Below, piece by piece: positions 27,356 through 34,713 of a stretch of DNA of 64,000 nt. The position numbers and the translations under genes were made by a program. The stretch lies in sequence record PP496444.1. One strand, 5' to 3'. Position 1 is the stretch's first letter, and the number at the start of each line of letters is the position of its first letter. The notes below the pieces were generated by a model. The model was not told the origin of the DNA and searched no databases. It saw only the letters and a list, made by a program, of their open reading frames with translations.

Positions 27356-29440
27356 ATGAAATCCGTGAACCCCATCTTCAAGCACGTTCCCCAGTTCGAC
27401 TGGCCTGTCATTCCGCGTGCACAGTGGGAAGAGATCATCAAGGGCAAAGAGCACGTGATGTTCGACTCTTTCTCGCAACTCGCCCAGGTGCTGGCTATCC
27501 CGGCGAGCAGTTACCAGTTCTACTTTGAAGATGGGTCCACGTTGTTCGCTGGTCCCGAAGCAACCTTCACCGCCGCCCCGTATCCGTTGTATCAGGATCT
27601 GGAATTCGTGCTGACCCCCGACGAGACGTTGGTACCCGGTCTTGCACTGGATACCAAACCGTGGGGCCTGTACACCGATGAATGGGTGGACAAGTACGAA
27701 GGTGAGGACAAGGGAGACCTTGATCACAAGACCGGGTTTGAGTTCATCCCGTTGCCAGACGCCTTGAAACTGGTAACCCTCAACCCGGAGACCATGCAGC
27801 TCCAGTACACCGCCATCGAGAGCTTCACGTACGACGGCGTGACCTACGTATACCTGCTGGCTGATGGCGTGTGCTGGGTACTGGCGGGCAAGTCCGGTGG
27901 TCTGGTTGCCAGCGAGCAGGACAAAGGCGCAGCGTACATCATGGTGTCTCATCCCGAGTTCGGCGGGTGCAGCGTAGACAACATGTACGCCAGCGAGTTC
28001 GGTGAAGAAGACGCGACGTTCTACGTCCAAGACGAGGAACACAACTACCTGGACGCGGCTAACCGTATCTTCGAGGAAGCCAAGGGGGTAGGTGCTGGTA
28101 CGTTCCTGACCATCGAGACCGGTGATGGACTGCCGACGGCACTGGCCTACAACCTGCGGCACAGTGATGTGTCCCATGTTAACCTGCCGATGCACAACAT
28201 CCACCAGTTCACCGTGTTGCACGAGAAGCTGGGTGAGACTCCTAACTTCTCCGATGCGCCGGAAGCGTGCCGCATGAAAGAGGTGATGGAGTATCTGGCG
28301 GACCCTGAGTCCCCGGTAGACCATTACTGGTCGGCCATCATGGTGCTGGAGAAGAACTTCCCCGGCTTCGCGGAAGCGTTGAAAGACTCCAGCGTCCCGA
28401 CCCGCGACATCGTGCACTCCAAACAGGCATTCAGCTTGGAGATCGATCGTCAGTTCGGCAAGGAAGTGGCGAGCAAGATCGGTCTGAACACTGGCGTCTT
28501 CGCCCAAGTAAAAGACCGCGATGAGTGGCTGGCGATCAAAGACAAGTTCCCTACGCCTTTTGTGGCCGTCAAGTACAACACCAAACACTTCATCGGTATC
28601 TTCGACAAGGAAGAGGTGGCGAAGTCCATCAATATGTGGCTGGCCGGTCAACCCGGAGAGTCGCTGATGATCGAAGAGTACTTCGGTGAAGGCAATCAGG
28701 AATTCAACCTGTGCTACGTGATCAACGAAGAGTTCGTGCAGCCGATGCTGTTCCTGTGCGAAGTCAACAAGATCCTCGGCAATGACACCGGTGGCAAAGG
28801 CGGCAACACACTGGCCTGCCATGATGCCCGCATCGAGAAGTACCCGGAGGCCTTCGAGCCGGTCAACGCTGCGCTGGCTCATCTGCATGAACACGTGGAA
28901 GGTGTGAAGGGCTGGGTTGATCTGAGCTTCATGGTCCGAGACGGCGTCCCGTACTTCACAGAGTGGTGCATCCGCATCGGCTGCTCCAACAACGCCACCA
29001 TCGTGCGCCAGATGGAAACGCCGCTTAACATCCTGCTGACTAACCTGACCAACAAAGAATACACCGACGTGAGCTGGAAGCATTCGATGTCTGTTAGCGT
29101 GGACATCTACAGCATGCCGCTGTCCGCAGGCAACGATGCCAACATGCAGTTCACAGACTCGCTGACCAACCCGGTGCAGATGGTGTCGCCACTCAATCTG
29201 GAACTGGCCGCTGAGAGTTTCTTCGACCCGATTGACTCGGCCTGGAACGCGGTGTTCGATGGTTACATCGTCGAGGCTTACAACCGCTACGGCACCGTCT
29301 CGGGCTACTCCACCAACTGGCAGTTCGCCTGCAGCGCGGCTTATAACCACTTGAAAGATCAGTCGGTGTTGTACGGAGCGTACCGTGATGCGCCTGTTCA
29401 CCACGACCCACTGACTCTGTTCCCTTTCCTCAAGGCGTAA
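27356..29440 (+). CDS. PurD/GARS-like ATP-grasp amide ligase with an N-terminal extra domain
   Basis: SLEIDRQFGK, VAVK, MIEEY, NDTGGKGGNT, FTEWCIRIG parallel the PurD LE.SK.FAK, VIEE, GPNTGGMG and EFN.RFG motifs. Confidence 0.72.
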   Translation: MKSVNPIFKHVPQFDWPVIPRAQWEEIIKGKEHVMFDSFSQLAQVLAIPASSYQFYFEDGSTLFAGPEATFTAAPYPLYQDLEFVLTPDETLVPGLALDTKPWGLYTDEWVDKYEGEDKGDLDHKTGFEFIPLPDALKLVTLNPETMQLQYTAIESFTYDGVTYVYLLADGVCWVLAGKSGGLVASEQDKGAAYIMVSHPEFGGCSVDNMYASEFGEEDATFYVQDEEHNYLDAANRIFEEAKGVGAGTFLTIETGDGLPTALAYNLRHSDVSHVNLPMHNIHQFTVLHEKLGETPNFSDAPEACRMKEVMEYLADPESPVDHYWSAIMVLEKNFPGFAEALKDSSVPTRDIVHSKQAFSLEIDRQFGKEVASKIGLNTGVFAQVKDRDEWLAIKDKFPTPFVAVKYNTKHFIGIFDKEEVAKSINMWLAGQPGESLMIEEYFGEGNQEFNLCYVINEEFVQPMLFLCEVNKILGNDTGGKGGNTLACHDARIEKYPEAFEPVNAALAHLHEHVEGVKGWVDLSFMVRDGVPYFTEWCIRIGCSNNATIVRQMETPLNILLTNLTNKEYTDVSWKHSMSVSVDIYSMPLSAGNDANMQFTDSLTNPVQMVSPLNLELAAESFFDPIDSAWNAVFDGYIVEAYNRYGTVSGYSTNWQFACSAAYNHLKDQSVLYGAYRDAPVHHDPLTLFPFLKA

Positions 29441-29443
29441 TCC

Positions 29444-30607
29444 ATGAGCACTCCATTCCAACAGTTCACCCTAGATGAGTGGATTCGCTACATGCGAGGC
29501 GAATCCACTATCTGGCGTATGTACGCCGACGATCATCCCGACAGGGTTGAGTTCAGCCCGGTATGGCGTGACGAGATGTACCGGTTGATGGTGCAGTTCA
29601 AAGAACTGCTGCCGATGTCGTTCTCCAATCCGGTGTACGGCTTCACCGAAGGCTTTTTTGAAGGGTTTGGACTCCAGCCCTTCTACGGCGATGATCCGTT
29701 CAATCCGATGGTTCAACCTCTAAGCCACCCTTTGGTGCACGTGGGCTTCCCGCTCACGCTGGACGAGATGGCATCAAGCATGAAGGACTGGCAGTCCCTG
29801 AGCGATCACCTGGGGCGTCCGCAGCTGGTCGATACATTCGAGCCGGTTCCGTTGCTATCGCGCAACCTGTACGAGCCTAACGCGTTGCTGACCGTACGGA
29901 ACAAGGAAGAGATCGTGATGAACGGAGGCTGGTCCAGTAGATACTTCCTCTGGCTGAACAGTCCGATCACCGAACTCAAAGGTAACTTCGACATTTATCT
30001 GGCCAGCCTGACCAAGAAGCGCCGCTACAAAGTGAAACAGGCACTGGCGACGGTCGGCACTGAAGAAAACCCGGCTATCAGTGTCAGTACCGGCAAAGGT
30101 TTCGGTTACAGTGAGCTGGCAGATCAAGTAGACAGCATCCTCGCGACATTTGAAGATCCAGTGGACATCGAGTGCATGCTTCTTCAGCTGCTGTTCGGCG
30201 TAGCAACCTGTCACACGCACCCTCATCTGGTCGATATCGTTTATGCAGATGAGCAGTTGGGGATCTTCATCAAGCGCAACGGCCACACGATGAACTTCCT
30301 CTACAACCGCGACCCGGACAACCGCGCTGATTCAGGCATCAACCTGCTGACCCAGTACGTGCGCCACTTGCACGAGAACGGCCCGGCAGACATTGCCTAC
30401 GTGGACCCGACATGTCGATATCGGCCTGACGAGGACAGTATGAACACCTACAAGCGGGTGATCACCAACGAGAACCGGTATCACCCAATGCCATTCGTCT
30501 CGGCTGACCCTGCGCATATCGAAGGTGTGCTAACCCCGGCGTTCATTGCGGGTATCTGGCAGCTGGATGCGACCAACGGCCCGGCCAATCCTGAGATGAT
30601 GGAGTAA
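29444..30607 (+). CDS. Fem-like GNAT-fold transferase candidate 4
   Basis: FDIYLASLTKKRRYKVKQ; DSGINLL....YVD....NTYKR. Confidence 0.6.
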   Translation: MSTPFQQFTLDEWIRYMRGESTIWRMYADDHPDRVEFSPVWRDEMYRLMVQFKELLPMSFSNPVYGFTEGFFEGFGLQPFYGDDPFNPMVQPLSHPLVHVGFPLTLDEMASSMKDWQSLSDHLGRPQLVDTFEPVPLLSRNLYEPNALLTVRNKEEIVMNGGWSSRYFLWLNSPITELKGNFDIYLASLTKKRRYKVKQALATVGTEENPAISVSTGKGFGYSELADQVDSILATFEDPVDIECMLLQLLFGVATCHTHPHLVDIVYADEQLGIFIKRNGHTMNFLYNRDPDNRADSGINLLTQYVRHLHENGPADIAYVDPTCRYRPDEDSMNTYKRVITNENRYHPMPFVSADPAHIEGVLTPAFIAGIWQLDATNGPANPEMME

Positions 30608-30609
30608 CC

Positions 30610-31557
30610 ATGGCAAAGCACAAAGTCAAGAGGTTGGAAATCAGCCACATCTACGACTTCTACCCGTTGTATCAGGTGATGTACGGGCGTGGCATGGAGA
30701 CCAAAGCATTCGAGGTCTCCAAGTTCGCCAAGATGGTGCTGGACTTTGAAGCCTCAACCAGTACCCGCCGGAAGTGGGACGTGCTGGAGCCTTTTAGCGG
30801 TATCAGCGAGCACGAACACTTCTTCGCTGCGACCGGCCTGAACATCGAGCACTACACCGGCATGGACATCGTGGTTCCAGAGGGGGCCACGAACGTCATT
30901 CAAGGGGACATCATCACCACACCTCTGCCGTCGCATGTCAACGCGGTGTTCGCCTTCTACTACAGTTTGCAGAATGTACGGGACGCCAAGACTGATATGC
31001 ACACGCGGGCCAAGCTGGTTGAGTTCTTTGATAACGTTCTCGGTCACCTGCAAGTCAACGCGAACAAGAGTCGTATGCCCGCAGTGTTCGCGTTCCACCT
31101 TGACCAGCCTGAAGAACCTAATTACTATCTGACGTCCCGTGCCGACGTTGGAGGTGAGCAATCATGGATCGCACCCGCGTGTGGTCTGCTGGGTCAACAT
31201 CTAGGGTGCAAGCCGACAGACACGCTGGAAGTGAAATGCAATCTGGACACTTGGTACAACCGCATTCAGTGCACGGCGTACGATCAGGCAGAGGACATCC
31301 AGATTCTGGTAAATGGGCGAGTAACCGCTACCGTTGACATCAAGAAGCCGTTCACCCATCGGGTCTGGACGGAGCATGAGGTCATCGATATCCTGCGGGG
31401 TCTGGACTACAAGCTGGATATCCGCATGTACAACGGCACCCTCTCCAATTACGACTTCGTGATGACCCGTCTGGATGACAAGCCCGTTCCCGGCGATGAA
31501 GAGGCTAATACTAATCAGATGACAACTGATATGCTGGTTGTCGTTAATCCGAGGTAA
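30610..31557 (+). CDS. Class I SAM-dependent methyltransferase-like protein 1
   Basis: VLEPFSG, YTGMDI, IQGDI...VNAVFAFYYSL. Confidence 0.65.
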   Translation: MAKHKVKRLEISHIYDFYPLYQVMYGRGMETKAFEVSKFAKMVLDFEASTSTRRKWDVLEPFSGISEHEHFFAATGLNIEHYTGMDIVVPEGATNVIQGDIITTPLPSHVNAVFAFYYSLQNVRDAKTDMHTRAKLVEFFDNVLGHLQVNANKSRMPAVFAFHLDQPEEPNYYLTSRADVGGEQSWIAPACGLLGQHLGCKPTDTLEVKCNLDTWYNRIQCTAYDQAEDIQILVNGRVTATVDIKKPFTHRVWTEHEVIDILRGLDYKLDIRMYNGTLSNYDFVMTRLDDKPVPGDEEANTNQMTTDMLVVVNPR

Positions 31558-31559
31558 GC

Positions 31560-32477
31560 ATGGCTAAGCCCAAAGTTCCAACCAGAACGGTCCCCACGTT
31601 GTACCAAGACTGGGGATTGTACAGCGCCATCTGCGAGCTGCCCGAGGTTACGATGCTGATGATGTCGCGCTTCGTGGCAGATCGGACCATCGAGCATGCT
31701 GAGCGCAACGATCTGGAAAGCGTGTCGATCATGGAGCCTTTCAGCGGCCCGATCCCGTACTACGAGCCAGACATCCGCAGCTTCCTGACTCGCGCTCGCG
31801 TTGATCTGGATACGTACGATCACGTCGAGTACCTGGACCATGGTGAGCTGTCGGAAGATAACAGTATCATCATCGGTGACATCACCACCATCGACCTGAA
31901 ACAGAAGTACGATGTCATCTACGGCAGTTACGGCAGCTTGGCCTGCTTGCTGCTGGATCAGACGCACAACAAAGCGTACGAGAAGTCGCATGCAGCGCTG
32001 GTCAACATCCGCGAGCACCTGAAACCCAACGGCATTTTCATCCTGAACGCCAACGGGTCCAGCGAAAGACTGTTGAACGATCTGCTGAACTCCGATGAGC
32101 CGGATCAGGAGATTCGTGTCCGTCCGGGGTCACAGCTGGGCAAGGCGTTCCGGCTCAAGCCAGACAGTAACGCGCTGCTTCGCTTCACCTATCAGGTGGA
32201 CTACGACCGGTGCACCACCTGCACCATGTGCTACTACAGCGATATGGTGCTGTCTGTAAATGGGGTTGACATCCAGCGCTGGGAGGTGGAATCCCCGACG
32301 TATCTTGCGCCGCTGGATGAACCCGAACTAATCCGAATGGCAGGCATGGCGGGTTTCAATCTGGGCAGGACTGAGTTCTACGGATTGGACACCACCGGGT
32401 ATCCTGCCTTCTTCAAGATGGATACGGTCTGCGACGGGGCATGGTCCCCCGCCGAATTCGTAGTCTTTCGCACCTAA
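31560..32477 (+). CDS. Class I SAM-dependent methyltransferase 2
   Basis: IMEPFSG, IGDITTIDLKQKYDVIY.SYGSL, HLKPNGIFIL (pattern of small-molecule N-methyltransferases). Confidence 0.72.
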   Translation: MAKPKVPTRTVPTLYQDWGLYSAICELPEVTMLMMSRFVADRTIEHAERNDLESVSIMEPFSGPIPYYEPDIRSFLTRARVDLDTYDHVEYLDHGELSEDNSIIIGDITTIDLKQKYDVIYGSYGSLACLLLDQTHNKAYEKSHAALVNIREHLKPNGIFILNANGSSERLLNDLLNSDEPDQEIRVRPGSQLGKAFRLKPDSNALLRFTYQVDYDRCTTCTMCYYSDMVLSVNGVDIQRWEVESPTYLAPLDEPELIRMAGMAGFNLGRTEFYGLDTTGYPAFFKMDTVCDGAWSPAEFVVFRT

Positions 32478-32487
32478 CGAGGTTCCT

Positions 32488-33723
32488 ATGAGCGTTATCA
32501 TCCCCACCGTAGCGGCAGACAGTGGTCAGCACGACATGATCATTCAAGGTTGTTCCACTGGTCGCGTCTCTATGGCTGAGCCTAACGAGGGCTCCAAACC
32601 CAAGTCGTCCAAGAAGCTGTACGAACGCGAAGACCTTATGGCGTACGACAGCGAGTCGGAACACTGGCAGAAGCAGTTGGCCCGCCGCTACGCCCACCAC
32701 GGTGAGATGGCTGGCGTGCTGAACAACGTCGAGGTGGTGCCGGAAGCCACCTACCAGAACTTCGACATGAAGATCACCCCGTACACCGCGCAGTTGATGG
32801 ACCAGAACGATCCCAACTGCCCGATCCGTCTGCAGTACATGCCGACCAACAAAGAGCTAGAGTCGATTCAGCGCGAAGAGACCATGCACAACGAACTGGG
32901 CGAGGAAGAAGACACCATCCCCGGTACCTCGGTAGTGCATCGCTATCCGCGTCGTGTCTTGTTCCTGACCACTACCCAGTGCGCCAGCTTTTGCCGTTAC
33001 TGCACCCGTGCACGTATCGTCTCCCATGGCGGCGAAGCAGCGATCACCAAGAAGCACCTGGATGCCAGCATCGACTACATCGCGGGCAACAAGGACATCG
33101 AAGACGTGCTGCTGTCCGGCGGTGACCCGTTCATCCTCCCAGACAACAAGCTTGACGAGATCCTCGGTCGTATCCGCGCCGAAGCACCTCACGTTCGCTT
33201 CCTGCGTATCGGTAGCCGACTGCCGGTCCAGATGCCAACCCGTATCACTCCAGAGCTGTGCGAGATTCTGGAACGCCACAACGTCAACATGGTCAACATC
33301 CATGTGAACCATCCGAAAGAGGTAACTCCTCTGCTGGCGTCCCGGTTGAAGATGCTGCGCAAAGCGGGCATCATGCTGGGCAATCAGGCCGTCATGCTGA
33401 AAGGTGTGAACGACTCCATCGAGGTGATGACCGAGCTGTGCTTGCGCATGGTCGAGATGGGCGTGCGTCCGTACTACGTCTACTCCAACGATCCGGTGGC
33501 ACAGGCTGCACACTTCACCGTGTCGCTGAAAGAGATGTTGGACATCAACGAAGGCATGCGTGGCTTCCTGTCTGGCCCGGCGATGCCCCTGTTTATCTGT
33601 GACGGAATCGGCGGCCTTGGAAAACTTCCTGTCCAGAACGACTACGTCAAGGTTAACGACTCCGGTGAAATCTGGGGCCGTAACTACGAGGGTTTGACTA
33701 CCCGAATGAAGCATCTGGAATAA
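32488..33723 (+). CDS. kamA: Lysine 2,3-aminomutase (radical SAM, PLP)
   Basis: HRYP.RVLF, CASFCRYCTR, LSGGDP, HVNHP, GNQAV.LKGVND, RPYY, GGLGKLP (PLP Lys). Confidence 0.92.
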   Translation: MSVIIPTVAADSGQHDMIIQGCSTGRVSMAEPNEGSKPKSSKKLYEREDLMAYDSESEHWQKQLARRYAHHGEMAGVLNNVEVVPEATYQNFDMKITPYTAQLMDQNDPNCPIRLQYMPTNKELESIQREETMHNELGEEEDTIPGTSVVHRYPRRVLFLTTTQCASFCRYCTRARIVSHGGEAAITKKHLDASIDYIAGNKDIEDVLLSGGDPFILPDNKLDEILGRIRAEAPHVRFLRIGSRLPVQMPTRITPELCEILERHNVNMVNIHVNHPKEVTPLLASRLKMLRKAGIMLGNQAVMLKGVNDSIEVMTELCLRMVEMGVRPYYVYSNDPVAQAAHFTVSLKEMLDINEGMRGFLSGPAMPLFICDGIGGLGKLPVQNDYVKVNDSGEIWGRNYEGLTTRMKHLE

Positions 33724-33764
33724 GCGTTCCCAGACACTCCCTAGTTCCATTGTACAAGCGTCGA

Positions 33765-33799
33765 AAGCCCCATTTGCGCTAGGTCCTGTAAATGGGGTT
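33765..33799 (+). terminator. Hairpin ending the modification operon
   Basis: AAGCCCCATTT/AAATGGGGTT stem with large loop; weak T tract. Confidence 0.4.
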
Positions 33800-33874
33800 G
33801 CTTATCAGCGTTGCACTGTGTTACGCTGGATTGGACCCATATTATTCCGATAACCGAAACCCCGAGGTATCACC

Positions 33875-34312
33875 ATGAGCTTCTCCGTAACCGTAGCTGC
33901 ACAGACCATCGCTGCTCCCGAGTCGCTGGGCAACCCGTCGAAAGGCGCAAGCGTCCTCGAAGCCAACGAAGGCTTTGCCGTGATCGAGTTCCAGCGTCCT
34001 CGCGCTTCAAAGCGTGACCAGATCGCCGTTCCTCGCGCCCAGATCCTTTCCCTGAGCCACGGCAGCGCCGACGGCGACAGCGGTTACCTGATCGCTCAAG
34101 GCATGGCCGGTGTGGCCGACGAATTTGAAGCCGCAAGCTTCACCATCGAAGGCAACGTTGCCACTTTCGTGACCGCTGAAGGCGCCACCATCGAAACCGA
34201 CGCACGTCTGACCCGCATCCTCGCTTACGGTGTGGAAGAAGGCGAAAACAGCCTGCTGGGCGCGCCGAAGAAGAAAGCTGGCAAAGAAAAAGCAAGCACC
34301 AAGAAGAAGTAA
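33875..34312 (+). CDS. Hypothetical protein with Lys-rich tail, probably abundant
   Basis: Strongly optimised codons, GAGG RBS, hairpins on both sides, KKKAGKEKASTKKK tail. Confidence 0.75.
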   Translation: MSFSVTVAAQTIAAPESLGNPSKGASVLEANEGFAVIEFQRPRASKRDQIAVPRAQILSLSHGSADGDSGYLIAQGMAGVADEFEAASFTIEGNVATFVTAEGATIETDARLTRILAYGVEEGENSLLGAPKKKAGKEKASTKKK

Positions 34313-34341
34313 TCAACACGGCCCGCGCCGGTTGAGATTGT

Positions 34342-34373
34342 AAAAAGCCCCTTCCGTTCGGTTGGGGCTTTTT
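34342..34373 (+). terminator. Intrinsic terminator
   Basis: AAAAAGCCCC, 12 nt, GGGGCTTTTT. Confidence 0.8.
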
Positions 34374-34392
34374 CGTTATACCGAGGTGTCCC

Positions 34393-34713
34393 ATGGCTAA
34401 AGACAGATTCCTGATCTACTCCAACAAATGCTTAGGGTGTAAACACCTCGTTGATGGAGCCAAGAAGACCTACACTGCTTGTCACTACAGTGAAGGCAAC
34501 GAACGCTGCCCCGCGCAGTACGTCCAGATTGTTACGGGTGTGGATATCCATGCCTTGGCTACTGAGTTGGCGAACGCCATCAGGGCCAATGATTCCAAGA
34601 AGTACGATCGGGTGAATGCCAAGATCGGTAAATTGGACACTGTGGTTGCCAGTAGTGTGAAGCTGGCCGCAGATAACCTAATAGCAGGGGCCGGTGATGG
34701 CGAAGGTAAATAG
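34393..34713 (+). CDS. Hypothetical Cys-containing protein
   Basis: CLGC..CH..C pattern, GAGGTG RBS. Confidence 0.65.
   Translation: MAKDRFLIYSNKCLGCKHLVDGAKKTYTACHYSEGNERCPAQYVQIVTGVDIHALATELANAIRANDSKKYDRVNAKIGKLDTVVASSVKLAADNLIAGAGDGEGK

Noticed and set aside
27023-29461. 812-aa minus-strand ORF (similar long shadows at 51841-53874, 1040-2473, 3230-4378, 18798-20129 and 60379-61506)
   Set aside because: Each is antisense to a gene with clear motifs. They have no recognisable motifs or RBS and are expected shadows of GC3-biased coding strands.
32488-33723. Interpretation as EpmB for EF-P beta-lysylation or AblA for N-acetyl-beta-lysine osmolyte synthesis
   Set aside because: No epmA or efp in the window, and the neighbouring GNATs look Fem/ATE-like rather than like a single AblB. 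Not fully excluded, because partners could lie outside the window.
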